Source: Antedon mediterranea
Lineage: Eukaryota > Animalia > Echinodermata
Reading direction: 5' to 3'
NCBI RefSeq assembly: GCF_964355755.1
Contig: NC_092676.1
Span: 11,757,888-11,821,887 of the forward strand
Length of the DNA stretch: 64,000 nucleotides
Below, piece by piece: positions 13,201 through 28,200 of this stretch. Under the pieces are notes generated by a model. It did not search any database and had not been told where the DNA came from. It saw only the letters and a list, made by a program, of their open reading frames with translations. Position 1 is the first letter of the stretch; the number at the start of each line of letters is the position of its first letter. The position numbers and the translations under genes were made by a program.

Positions 13201-16200
13201 TGACACACTGTGTATCTTTTCCTAAGTAGTATATTTGTGGACAAAGAGTTCCAGCAATTTATTGGCTGATACCTGCATAAATCTGTACTTCACAAAGAGT
13301 AAGAGGTTTCTTTCCAGGAAGATAAACACTAACGTACTGCCCTGTGATTGGTTGGTTACATATAATTTCAATTGGATTTGAACCAATCATAGATGTTGTA
13401 ATAGTAGCTCCACATTGTGCATTTCCAGTAAAAGGTGATACTTTGTTATTACCGACACGAATCTCAGCACCTACCAGTCTATTACCTAGTTTGAGAAGAG
13501 ACACATAAATGTACAGGAAATACCTATTCTTGGATGTTCGGCATACTTAACTTATATAACCATACAATTGATTTTTATTATATTTTTAGTTTTTTAAACC
13601 TACCACAGCAGTCTTGTCTATTATATATATCAATCTTTGAGATAGTCTGCCGTGATCCTAAATCAACATACCACCACGGATTGTTTGATACATCAGCTGA
13701 GAAAAGATGCAATTGTTGAATATAAACTATGCATTATTAAGATAAGACAATACATATTATTCTCAACACATTATCATTATCACCAGAATCATCATCAGCA
13801 GTAGCACCAGCAGCATCACCTATGGAACGCCGACAATCTCTTTCATTATGCTCTTATACTGTACTCTACATATGCTATTATACATATTCCTAATGCTCTT
13901 TTTTATTCTCTTATATAAGCCAATCTTAGATTAGATTTAATCTTAGATCAATAATTTACAATAAAGTGCATGGTCAACGACAATAACAGTGTAGTTTGTC
14001 CAAAATGGTCCAATATTGACTGCATTCCGTTTATCAAATTCATGAGCAGGAGCTTGGTGCAATGTATGTCAATCCTATGCTTTTTGGAGTCCACTTTATT
14101 CCTTTTCTTATTTCATAGATTAAATCCTGTGCATTGCTTTTAACCATCACTATCATCAGCATCAGCATCATCATAATTCTCAGGATCAGAATCATCATCA
14201 CCAGCATCAGCAACACCATCATCAGCATCACCATCACCTTCACCATCATCAGCATCAGTATGCGCATCATCACTATCATATTATTTCCTATAAATATATT
14301 ATGATATAAAACAAAAGTGATTGTTATAACACTACCGGTGTGGCTACACGTCTTTTCCACAAAATCTCCATCTGTGTTTCCATCGATGGCTCTACCAGCA
14401 ACTGCACCAGAACTATGTGTAGAACTCTGTTTAGCTACTATGAGAGTTGCTCTTAATTCTAAATTAAGGAATAAATGAAATATCAATGCAAAATGTATTA
14501 TTATTGTTATTGTTAATATCATCATCTTCATAATTACCATTTTCATCATCATCATTATTATCTATATTATTGCTGCTAAATTTTTTGCGTATTTTACGCA
14601 TCTCCTCCAAAACCACTGAACGGTACGTGCTCACATTTGGCACACTGATGTTTATTGAGATAGACACACGATAGACTATGCCACTTCCATAAATTTTAAG
14701 GATAAACACTAAAAAATGCCAAACATAGCAGTAATTTGACCATGTTTTGCGAGTTGTTACGTTACGTGGCCTGATCTACAAACACCATGCCGAGCCACCA
14801 AATTAAAACGGTGTTTAGTCTCGGCAGCCGCCCAACCGTATCGACTGATACTATCCTTGGAACAGAATATATTTTGTAAATCACGGTTTGGCTCATCAGT
14901 GAGTAAAACGACGTGGCCATTGAAATTAGTACTTAGTAGGTTCGAGTTCGAATCCGCGATATGTGTAAATAATAAATATCTCCGCTTAAAGCAAAAAATC
15001 TAAACCACAATGTAATTACAAAAGTAGCAAAAAAGATACTTGGTACTGAAACAAAAAAACAAAAAATATCAGATATAAAAGTTTTGTTCGAGCGCATCAT
15101 CTAATTCGAGTAGTGAGTGTTGATTTTGAAGTCCATTTTATATTCCAATTTACATCTTAATTCTAGAACTTAAAACTTATTTATATTTTATCATTAAAAT
15201 GTTTTGAATTACAAAAGTAGCAAATAGGTAACAAATCTCACAAACAAACAAAATTGAAAAATATTAAAACCATTAAAATAAATATAATATAAATTTAAAA
15301 AAACACACAAACAAAACGATTCCAAATGGTTTGATACATTGTTGAACATGAAAACAACTTCCGCAGCAGTGTGTTTTTCATTCGATTCATGTCCACTTTT
15401 TATTTTATCTATATGTATCAAATAATGATTACACCACGAAAAACACCCAACATAATATAGTTTGGTATTTTATACTTTCGTTAGTGTTTGCACGTATCAT
15501 CAATTTTTTGTTTAGTGTCTTTTATTTTCGTGCCCACAGATGGTTCTCGAATACACAGTAATTTCAGCGTAAAAAAAACTGTCGATTTCAAATGTACGTA
15601 CCGCAGGACTATAATACATTGTCGTTTACATAAACGAATAAATAGACACGATAATGTATGTAGTCAACTAAAATGTGCACCCTGTGAATTACTTCCGAAA
15701 GAGAAACTTGTCACAAAAGAGTCCAATTTGTGTTTTGTATGTAACATTAGGGTCGAGGGATAGAGAAGAGGATGGGTACAAAGAAGAACAATTTTTAAAT
15801 ATATTTTTTATCTACTCAGTAACGAAATATTGTTTTCATGTTTATAGGCCTATAAATAATATACCACTTGATACAGTAAAACATTTGCGATTTAATACTT
15901 TGTTAAAACTTTCAATGTCATAGTCGATTGAAATAGCATAGTACATATAACGATACACCACTACAACGTTTATACATTTTTAAATTATTAAGTAATACAA
16001 ACGTTGAGAAGCAACTGTCAGTAATAAAGTTTATTTGTATATTGTGCGTTTATATATCTAACAGTAGGGCCTACTCACACTCACAGTAAAACGTTTATTT
16101 GTACATGTGTTTATATATCTATCTAACAGTATCCACACTCACAGTAAAAAAATTACGATTCAAATGGCGACCAAAAATGGTTAATACGTATTTACAGTTA

Positions 16201-19200
16201 TGTCCAAGTATTGCAATACTGTACTATATCTATATAGGTTTTAGGTTAATCCCCAAGGGCCAATACATTTACCTACAGCTGGTACTTGTGTTAAACCAAA
16301 TAGTTATATTGGAATTTTCCATTCATCGGAAATTAATACATTTGTATAACGTATATTAAATTTATCAAAATAGTATTTTTTTAAAGAAAATCGGCCTGTC
16401 CTCAACATTATGATGCTGTACTCGAGCTGTTTAACCGGTTTTCACCAATATTATTTGCCGCTGTGCACATATTTCACCGTCAAATATGCAATTACATTTT
16501 AAAAAATATAAGAAAAACTATTTTGTTGCTCTTATACTTTACATGCATTAGTGGAGACAATTTGTACACAATTTGATCTGCATATCTTTAAGTCGTAACT
16601 CTTTATATATATGGCTCTGCGCGGTCATAGCTAAGACTGTTTTATATAGTCCAGTGGGCATTATTATTTTTCCTATGAGATTAAGGCAGATATCATGAAT
16701 AATTCATTATAATAATTAATGACATAATATGGAACATTATAGAGGGCGCTATATAAGCATGTAGAGAGATTAAACAATTTGTGTTTGCCAACCGAAATCT
16801 TTGGTCTAGTGGTAAAGGCTTTAACCTATTAATGGAGCCCTCGGTTAGAGGTCTAGCAAGAACATGTTTTTTTATTAGTTGAGAGAGATTATTTAGAGGG
16901 TTAGGTTTAGTAAATTTAGGAAGTAGATCACCAATCTTGCAATTCTTTATAATAGAAAATAATTAAGGTAATGCATTATTCATTATTTCCTTAACCTCAT
17001 AGGAAAAAAATAATGGGTCCGGTGGCAGGAGGCGGGAATCACCACTTGAAAGGGGACAAATTGCCTTCCAACTTTTTTAGACCAGACTTTTTCGTAGTTT
17101 ACGAATATGGAATGTAATCGATCAGGATAGAAAGCGTTTTCGAGATAAAAGGGGCAAAAATTGACCAATTACAACAAGGTATTAATAATGTATGTTTCAA
17201 ATGTTTCCCTTTTTGAAAATATTAAATAAATATTGCCTGTTTTCCTAGTTGAAAACACATTTACTCAGATTCATTGGCTAATAAAAACTGGAACCCACAA
17301 CTCTCTACGCAGACAGACTACAATGTTCATCAAGTCCATATCGTGAGCTTCGATATGGTTGCTAGTCACGGATAGTTTTTCTTCATAAAAAAATTTTCCT
17401 GTGCATACTGTAGTACAAATTTTGTAATAAGGTCCATTTTTTCCAAGGTTACATTTAATACTGTTCAAAGTTAGCAGTATATGTAAGGAGAACTCTGACT
17501 AAAAAGCAATGCTTGGAATGATTATGTTTACTGTAAATGTATGTTTACCAGATACAGACTAGCTAGTACATATTAGGTATTCTCAGTTTTAGACAAATAG
17601 GCATAATATATTTATTTTATTTAAGGTCAGCGTAACATTTTAAGTCTGATTTGATTAATTAAAGTATTTTAACAAACTTTACTTTACATATTAAAATGAT
17701 GACCTTTGACCTTATGTCAACTGATGAAATTTAACTTATGTCAACTGATGACATGATGTATGTGCTTGATTAACAGGATGAAATCACATTTTTGTTAAAT
17801 GTCAGTTTTTATTTGGTTTTATAGGTATGTTCTGTGATTGGTCAATATTGACATTTGACCCTAATTACAAAGGAATTTTTTCTAAGGTGATTGAAAAGAT
17901 ACTTGTAATCATACAAATGTAATAAAAGACCAAATTGTGTTTAAATTTGTTATAATACATCTATCTGATAAACCCTGCTTTCATCGGGGAGTTAAGACCA
18001 TCAGTTAAAATTGTTTTATAGAAATCTGCCCAGATGATAAAAACAAACATTGTTAATAATATTGTGTATAGTGTATAGAAATGAAAAATGTGTTTAGAGA
18101 AAAAAATATATTTAAAGAGATGAGGAACATGTACATGGAAATAAAAGTAGGACGAACCCACATCAGAAAAAAAAATCTTTAAATTTTTTTCGCGCCCTCT
18201 CATGGCATCTTCTTAATTAATTATGTTGAGTTATATGTACTTCGTACGTTGAATAAGCATGCGTATGCTGTACGCTTTTTTGTTTTTTGTTGTAACATTT
18301 AGATTCAAAGCAATTTTTCAATTATTAACCATCACACTTGAAGTTTTAAAAAAGCAAGAGCTGGAGATTTCTTACAATGTGAAAATTAGTACAGTCACTC
18401 TGACTAGGATCAGGACGGGGCATTGCTATATTTATTGCGTTAACAGTAATTATGGTATATTGACCTATGATGTAGGCTAATATAATGTGTTAGTTCTGTA
18501 AGAGTGTTATTCTTCACGCTTGGAAGAGAAATGGATGGGAGAAGAGAGAGGGGATGTGAGGAGAGGGATGGAGGGAGGAGAGGGAGGGAGGGAGGAGAGG
18601 GAGGGAGGGAAGAGAGGGAGGGAGGGAGGGATGGAGGAGAGGGAGAGGGAGGGAAGGAAAGAGAGGGGGAGGGGAGGAGAGGGAGGGTAGAGACATGCCT
18701 CAATTTCGTAAATCAATTGCTAAAGGCGTGGGACTCAAACTAGGTGGGTATTTTTAAATGCATTCCTGATTAAGGTTTCTTAGAGCCATCCATGTACAAT
18801 AGTTGATTATACAACGTAGTAATTGTATTGTATTTATTGTTTACCTTCTTCTCCTTCTTTGCCTCCTCTTGGTCTATTTGGTCTACTCTCACCTTCATTG
18901 GGACTAACCTTTTCTGGTGGAATTACTTCGAACGTTAGAACTTTAGCCTCAATTGAGTATTCACGTTTCCCCACACCACTGTTTATATCAAGTATTTGAT
19001 CATGTACCAAATTATTATGTAAATTATCAACAACCCATCTGACATGAAAATCTCCTCCTTCGTTGAATGTCAACACCCCTTGTCTGAATGACCATCCAAT
19101 CACATCGCCCAATTCTACTGTAATTCGTTCACTTTCAGGTATGATATAAGTAACTTCTGCGTTAGCCACACCAGCTGGTATGTCATTGATACCCACGACC

Positions 19201-22200
19201 TTAAATTGTGTGTTTGAACCTTCTATCTGCCTAAATATAATAGCTCTAAATGGTGCTGTTGTTTTGCCTTGATATGACCAACTTGCAACTTGACCACTAC
19301 AAGAAAACTTTTGATCTGGCGATACCATTGTCCAACCATTACTGTCAAGACCACCACGACTTTTAATTTTCCAACCTGCATTGCAATATCTTCCTGCAAT
19401 ATAATAATTGAAATTGTTATGTAAAATACGTGTACTTCAAGCTATTATTGAAAGCACAAATTACTGTAGAAGTTATACAACTACAAAATGTATTATTAGA
19501 GAATAACGTTAAGTTAATTAGCGTAGATTTTTGTTGTTCTCCGATAATTCCTATTTATATTTATCTGAATTTTGAAGGGGCAGGATCCAATGGTCAAGGT
19601 CCTAGATTGTAACTAAGCGTAATTGCCATACTGCTGAACAATATTTAAATAAACCTAATTTTTAAGGTAAAGCGGAGGCGGGATTTAATTAAACCCACAG
19701 TTAATGTATATCAATGTCTGACCTTTACTGCCTCCACTTCCCTGACCACCTGGTCTACCACTACTACCTTCTTGACCCCCAGGTCTACCACCCACTTGAC
19801 CTCCAGTTTTACCACCTCCTTGGCCTGCAGGTATACCACTTCTTTGGTCTCCAGATTTATCTCCTTCTTGACCTCCAGGTCTACCACCTCCTTGGTCTAC
19901 ACGTCTACCATCTCCTTGGCCTACAGGTATAACACCTTGACTCCCAGGTTTACCACCTCTTTTGCCTCCAGGTTTACCTCCTTTTCCCCCACGTATACCA
20001 CCTCCTTGACCTCCAGATTTACCACCTTCTTGACCTCCAGGTCTACCGCCATCTTGATCTCCAGGTTTACCGCCTCCTTGACCCCTAGGTTTATCACCTC
20101 CTTTTCTACTAGGTTTACCAACTTCTTGACCCCCGGGTATACCACCTCTTTGGTCTCCAAGTTTATCAACTTTTTGACTTCCAAGTTTACCACCTCCTTG
20201 ACCCCCACGTATACCAGCTCTTTGGCCTCCGGGTATATCACCTCCTTGACCTCCAGATTTACCACCTTCTTGACCCCCATGTCTAACACCTCCTTGGCCT
20301 CCAGGTATTACACCTTGGCTCTCAGGTTTACCACCTTCTTTCCTCCCAGGTTTACCGACTCCTTGACCCCTATTTATACCACCTTCTTGACCTCCAGGTC
20401 TACCACCCTCTTGACCTCCAGGTTTACCACCTCCTTGACCCACACGTATACCATCTATTCGGCCTCCAGGTTTATCACCTACTTGACCTTCAGGTTTACC
20501 TTCTCCTTGACCTCCAAGTCTACCACCTCCTTGGCCTTCAGGTATATCACCTCCTTGAACTTTTTCTGGTTTACTGTTTTGTATACCTTTATCACCAACA
20601 ACAACACCCCAGTCACCACCTCCACCGCTAGCTTCGCTCCCATCACCACCGCCATCTCGACCACCACCACCACCATCACCACCAACTCTACCTTCCTGAT
20701 TTCTAGGTCTACCACCCACTTGACTTTTTGGTCTACCACTTCGTTGACCTCTAGTTTCACCACTACTTTGACCTCCAGATCTACCAACACTTTTGCCTCT
20801 AGCTCTATCATCCCATTGAGCTTTTTTGGGTCTACCGCCTCCTTTACTTTCACCTTGCGTACCGCTTCCTTGACTTCCAGGTCTACTAACTACTTGACCT
20901 TGTTTAGTGTTTTCTTGACCTTCTTGTAAACCCCCATCACTGCTTACTTGACCTCCAGATTTACCAACATTATCGCTTTCCTGACCTTGTAGTTTAACTC
21001 TTCCTTGACGACCTTCTAGTTTAACTCTTCTTTGGCTCTCTCCCTGTCTACCACGATCCTGACCATCTGATCTAGTAACTTGTTGGCCTGGTGATTTACC
21101 GCTTCCTCTACCTTCTAATGCACTTCCACTTTCTATTAATTCAATTGTATTAATATTATATTTAAAAAATATTTATTAAAATGTAATAGAACTCAAAATG
21201 AGACCACCATTATAGTTTAACGAAGTTTCCTATTAGGCTTACTATTAACCTATAGCACTCGATATTACTCATTAGAAAGTATATCTGTTTACGTTAAGGA
21301 AAATGTCTTCAATATTTACCTGCATATAATTGTACTTCACATAGAGTGAGGGGTTTATTTCCAGGAAGATATACACTGACGTACTGTCCTGTAATCGGTT
21401 GGTTACATATCATTTCGATTGGATTTGAACGAATCATAGATGGTGTTAAAGTACCTCCACATTGTGCATTTCCGGTAAAAGGTGAAACTTTGTTGTTCCC
21501 AACACGAACTTCAGCACCTACTAGCCGAGTACCTAGTTACAATAAGGTTAAACAAAATAAAAACAAGGTACAATTATGTTTAAAAGTATATTTACTTTAC
21601 TAACTAATGAGTTATAATTATCTAAGTGTCAACTAGGTCATATTTTAATTCAACACTATTCTTTCTGTATGCCATGACATCTGAATCACCAAGATTTACT
21701 TATGAATCAACAGCAGAGGAAATATTTATTTGGAAATCTGTATTTGTAAGTTATTTTTTTATCATCATTTAATTTCCCGATTGAATTAAAAAAAATCAAC
21801 ATTACTTTTTTTTTTAATTATAAGACATCTTACCACAGCAGTCTTGTCTGTTATATATTACAATCTTTGAAATAGATTTCTGTGATTCTAGTTCAACAAA
21901 CCACCAAGGATTGTTAGATGCATCAGCTTAAAAATATAAAAAAGAACGTGAACTCAGGGAAGGGCACTCTACTATATGTTGGAAAATAAAATGCAAAGAA
22001 TATAACATTAGAGCAGGCCTATGTGTAGTGCTTTGTTTTACAATTTCAGCGCAAAATCGATGTTCTACAGTCCCACCTTAGAATATGCTCGATTATGTAT
22101 ACTTAAGCATAAAATACAATTAAGTCATACTAGTAACAATATCACTGCGACCCAACACAAAGTTGTTTCAGTTGTTAAGCAAATCGTTTGCTTATGTCAA

Positions 22201-25200
22201 TAGTAATATAGTATACTGTGGAACAACACAGTACTTTATCAGCAACTGCGATATTCGTTAATAAATAATTCAATTTAAAAACCTTTAAAAAACATTTACC
22301 TGTATGGGTACATGTATTTCCTTTAAAATTTCCATCTGTATTTCCATCAATAGCTCTATGTGCATTAGCACCAGAGTTATGAGTTGAACTTTGTTCAGCA
22401 TCTGCAAATTGTGTCAACCTCACTAAAATGTAAATGTATTACATAATTGTTATAATAAGACGTAGTTTCAAACTAAATAAGTGGAACTGTATAATGTGCG
22501 CACATGATTAAATTTAAAATTATCTTATTAATCCATCCGGAAATTCATTGCTCGTTTAAATATACAATATATACAGTATATGTAAATATAACAAAGTAAC
22601 AATATAACAGGAAAAATGTACAGAACAAGAAGAATCAGACATCAAACATGAGTAAAAATTATGAGATCCATTATCCATCATTTATTGTTGTCAAAAATTG
22701 TAATTGCTCGTGGAAGAAAGGTATAGGGAATTAAGTTTTGTTGTGAAGAGTTTGAATTGTATCCTTTAAAATAGATTGAAATACTCTGAAAATATTATTG
22801 TTGCAAGCCTCGGACACCGACATCTGGCAACCAACTATCTTCTCAACCTTCCCTACAGCATTATTAATTCTGTTAATATCTGTTTTATTGGCACTCCTGG
22901 CCCATCCACAAATACAATCTTTTCAAACCATGACTGTTGTGTAAAAAATAGAAATGATTTTAACATCAACATTAAATGAAGACATTTTCCTCAGAAAATA
23001 TAGAATTAACCTTTTCCAGGATACAATTAATATCCAATCAAATCCAATAACAATGGGGCAGTGAATGCGGTTTTTGTTGGAATTCGACAAGGATCTCTTT
23101 TATCTTGTTAACATGGTAGTTATTTTTGTTAACAAAGGCATTAATTTTATGTTAGTAGGAGAATATTTTATTATTTCGATTGATTAAACCAAACAAAACA
23201 GAGTCGTCAGCATACATAATAAGAGTACAAGTAGAACAAAAATCAGAAGTGTAAAGACTGAAGAGGACGAGGGAAAGGCATGTACCTTGTTGAACCCCTG
23301 TGTTAAAGATTCGAATAGTTAAATAAAATGAGTTATCATAGTGTGGAAATCAAGAATAATTGATAGGAACATACTAGGAATGTTCATGTGGAGAAATTTG
23401 TTGACGAGTAGCCTAAATGTGGCTAAATGATAAGTTTGAGGAAAGTCGAAGTAAATTATCATATTCTAAGTAGGAATATAACAGATCTCATTTATCATGA
23501 AAACTTTCATTACAACAGATATTAAGGCAATGGGCCTAATTACATTTATACATTGAATATTTGGTCGCGTTTGGACCGGACATTTTCCATTATGATGAAT
23601 TTGTATAACTAGATGGTACGCTCGCTTCGCTCGCGTACCATCTAGGTCGTGCCCACAGATGGTTCTCGAATACACAGTAATTTCAGCGTAACAAAACTGG
23701 CGATTTCAAATGTACGTGCCGCAGGACTATAATACATTCTCGTTTACAGAAACGAATAAATAGACACGATGATTTATGTAGTCAACAAAAATTAGCACCC
23801 TGGGAATTACTTCCGAAGGAGAAACTTATCACAAAATGACTCATTTAAAGAAACCCAATTTGTGTTTTGTATGTAACATTAGGGTTGAGGGATGGGAAAG
23901 CGGATAGGTACAAAAAGGAACAATTTTCAAATATATTCTTTATCCACTCAGTAACGAAATATTTTTTTCATGTTTTATAGGCCTATAAATAATATACCTC
24001 TAAATACAGTAAAACATTTGCGATTTAATACTTTGTTAAAACAATCACTGTCAAAGTCGATTTAAATATTAAAGTACATGTCACGATACACCACTACGAC
24101 GTTTATATTTTTGGTAATTATTAATTAATACAAACGTTGAGAAAGAACTGTCAGTATAAAGTTTATTTGTATATAATAATGTGTTTATATATCTAACAGT
24201 AGAGCCTATCCACAATCTCAATAATAAAGTTTATTTGTATATATTTTTATATTACATCTAACAGTACGAACATTCAGAGTAAGAAATGTTCGATTTAAAT
24301 GAGGACCAACAATAGTTAATAGGTATTTACAGTATTGTCAAAGTATTGCAAGTTTATTCTCAAAGGGCCCTTTTTTTAACCTACCGTATGTGTTAAACCA
24401 AGGGCTCATAAATTTACCTACTTCTGTTAAACCAAACTCTGGCTGACTGAGAGATTGGGATGTTCCATTCATCGCAAATTAATACATTTGTATAATCGTA
24501 TATTAAATCTATCAAAATAGTATTTTTTAAGAAAATCGGCCTGTCTTCAACATTATGATGCTGTACTCTAGCTGTTTAACCGGTTTTCAGCTATTAAAAA
24601 CAATTATCGTAGGAGGAGATAGGAAAATGCGAAGCCTCCTCGCATTTTTGTGGCGGGTATTTTTCAAGATGGACATCCATTAGACAGTGTATATCACGAT
24701 CGGAAAACACCCCCTATTTGAGGAAAATTCATTCATTCATAATTCTGTATTCACCAAAGGCAAAACGGTATAAACAAATAGCTTTCGCTAGTCAATGGTT
24801 TACACCTGATTAACAAATATAATACTGTTCAGTGCAAACAATTTTGATAATAATAATTATAGAATAATGTAAAAAAAACAACACAATAATGACAAAAAGA
24901 AAGAGGTGGGCCAGCATTAATCAGTATCTCGATAATAGTAGTTCAGTTATATTTTTTACGAAATTAAATTTTGATGTAGGCTATTATTTTTTATGTCGAG
25001 TGATAAATTATTCCAAAATGTTGTGCCAGTAAACGAAATTCTAAATTGACCTGCCATAGTACGGGCTTTTGGGATAGATAGGTTTTTACCTTGTTTAAAT
25101 CTAGTAGTTCGTAAATGATCAACTGTACTAAAATAATAACTGATTTGATGTGCAGAGTTTCTATTATATAAATCAAAAACAAATTAAGTACACATAATTC

Positions 25201-28200
25201 GTATAGTTTATGAACATCTAGAATATTAAGACACAAATAGGTTGTAAATATGTTTTATACGTGCTACCCCAAACTTCTATGCCATAAGTGATACTTGGTT
25301 GAATAAAAATGTTATATAATAAGATTAATATATTTGTGGGTACAACATATCTTAGTTTAAATAAAATGCCTGCCTTCTTTCTAATATTGTTTTTAACATC
25401 ATTAATATGACTATTCCAAATTAAATGTTTATCAATCTTAACACCAACAAACATTAATTCTTCTGCTTCATTAAGTTGTTTATGTTTTACGTATATATTA
25501 CCGTTAGTAGAAACATTTTTATTCGTGTTACAGAATACAATATAATTTGTTTTACCGACGTTAATTGTTAATTTGTTTGCATTGCACCATTCAATGACAT
25601 GTTGAAAATTATAATTAATTATAGAGAGATCAATATTATTGCCAGAGAAATCATGAAATAAATTAGTATCATCTGCAAACAGCCTAAATTCAAAAAAATT
25701 AGTAGAATGAGAAATATCATTTATGTAGATCAGAAACAGGGTTGGACCCAATACTGATCCTTGTGGGACTCCACATGAGATTGGGAGTTTATCAGAACTA
25801 ATTTGGTCAGCAGCCACGTATTGAAATCTTCCTTTTAAATAGTCGGTTAACCAATATAATGGTTGACCTCTTATCCCATAGTGTTGTAGTTTAGATATTA
25901 ATATTTCATGATTAATCGTGTCGAATGCTTTCATAAAGTCTATAAATATGCCAATAGAATTATTTCCATCATCAAATTGTTGTAGAAGATGGTTAACTAA
26001 ATTTATAAGTGACCCGTATTGATGCTGATGAAATATATTAAACTTTTCAAAGAAATATATAAGTCTATTATCATTTCATTTCAAAAGACATTTATTTTCC
26101 TCCATAGCAATACAATACAAAATAATAAACAGAAATGGTAAGGTATATTAAAAATGAAAAAGATGATTGTTGGATATACAAAAGAAAAGTGAATTAAAGA
26201 AAATTGGCTATGGAGGAAGGCATAATCCCGAGAAGATGAGGAAATCTTGTGCTGGGTATGCCTATGCAAATAAAATGGATAAAAAAATAAGAGTGGAAAT
26301 AAGAGAATTTTGCTAAGAATTGGTAAAATTGATATGGGTCGATAATGTCCAGGATTATCCTTGGAACCTTTCTTAAATAAGGGAATGACTCTGGCTGTTT
26401 TAAATGATTCTGGGAATTTACCTTGAAAAAACGATAAATTAAAAATGTAAGCTAATGGTATGGCAATGTGCTCAGCAGCAATAATAATAAGTTTGGCAGG
26501 TAAATTATCATGTCCAGTCGATTTCCTCTTATCAAGGGCGTTTATCAAATTATAAATCTCTTCATGAGATGTTGGTGTTAAAAAGAAAGATTTATTTAAA
26601 GGCTCTGCTAAATAATCACTAAATGTTTTTATCGTTGGACTTACTTCTTTGGAGAGATTTGGACCGATATTTGTTAAAAAATGAATAAAGCTATCTACAA
26701 TCTGCTTGGGCTGAGATACCTCAGCTCCATTTTTATTTATCACTTTTTCTGGTAAGGTTGGGCTGCTGTTTGACATAGAAAGACTACACTTAATATATAA
26801 TATATAAATATTTACCGCCCACCATATTATCTACTAACATTTATTTTACCATTTATCTAATTCAATAATATATTACATATATTTTTTACATTTTGTGTTC
26901 TTCCTCCAAAATTATATAATGTAACCTAAATCTAAATAAAATAAATAAATAATACAGTACTAAAAATAAGATTAATAGTATAATAAAAATAGTATCACGT
27001 TTAATTAAATTACAAATAACTATTAAAATTAAATATAATAAGAACAAATAATCATATAACAGTTGCATTTATTTTAATAATAACAGTATAATAAAATCAA
27101 TTAGCAATTATATATATATAATTTGTTATATATCTTTTATTCCTGTCCACCCAGGCAGCACTTGCCAGCTTTATACTCTGACGTTATCCAAATTCCTTCA
27201 CTTGCACTGATGAAGGGCTAGTGTTGCCCGAAAGCTCTGCTAACTTTTCTGGCTGTTTACTTTATCGTTTTGATTTAGCTTTTCGCTTTTTATTTTTGTA
27301 TCTCCATTGAGATCCAGCCACTGATACCCACAGCATTGTCATTTTTTTCAGTAATTTGCCTTTGGATTTATATATATTTTCTACTTTTTGTATCAATTTT
27401 GATCTGATTTTGCTGTAATTATGGAGGGTACTTTGGATAACTTTACCAAATTACGTCGCCTGTCCGAGAAACGTGTCAGGTATCGTCACCATTTACATAC
27501 TTTTATTTTACATCGTTCTAAACATTCGGCCCCTAAAGGACTTCAATTTTATGTCACATCTGGTATTCGATTTGCAGATGATGACATGCGTTCTCGTTGG
27601 AACGCTGTCCTTCACAAAAATGCTTGTCAACTCAATGAGATCCAAATTGGCAATTGCCACAAAATCCTCACTGAGTTTGACGTTGAAATTCACTCTAGAA
27701 CTAAGAAGTTGAAAAGAGAACTTCCTGCATCCGAGTTTCAAAACAAACTCAGGATTATCGCCAATGATTGCCGTAAGCAATCAACGGCAATGGCCCGAAG
27801 GGGACATCACAAATTTGGTCTACCTGCAGATTTGGTCATTTCAACACAAATGACGCTACCTTCGGATGATTTTAGGGCTTTTAGGAAACCCTGCAGAATG
27901 TTCGTTCGGACTTATAACAAGAATCGGAGCAACACCTCTGATTCAGTTGTTGAAATTAATTGCCGACTTTCCGTAGGAGAGAAAAAACTTCTTTCCCGAG
28001 GACTTAAATTCTGCCCAAAACCAAGGCAGGTCGGCGCACAACAACTATCTTTGGATATGGAGTCTTTCTCCAGAAGATTACGATTACGTGAACATTTTGC
28101 TGATTCAGACAGCAGCACCACGCAAAACGAAGGCAACGCTAACAAATTTAAACCAAAAAGTTCCTGGAATCCACCTAAAAATCGTTGTCCAGCTTTAGAA

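Noticed and set aside
14040-14555. 171-aa Met-rich hydrophobic ORF
   Set aside because: (CAT)n microsatellite read-through; only 14458-14336 is an exon.
17715-17790. Two CTGATGA motifs as possible hammerheads
   Set aside because: No stem II closed by GAAA and no stem I pairing; a short local duplication.
18440-18743. Pro/Ser/Leu-rich and Gly/Arg/Glu-rich ORFs
   Set aside because: Translations of the purine tract.
19772-20929. 385-aa Thr/Ser-rich mucin-like ORF on + and Val/Glu/Lys-rich ORFs on -
   Set aside because: Antisense and alternate-frame shadows of the Gly-rich repeat exon, which has the splice-site support.
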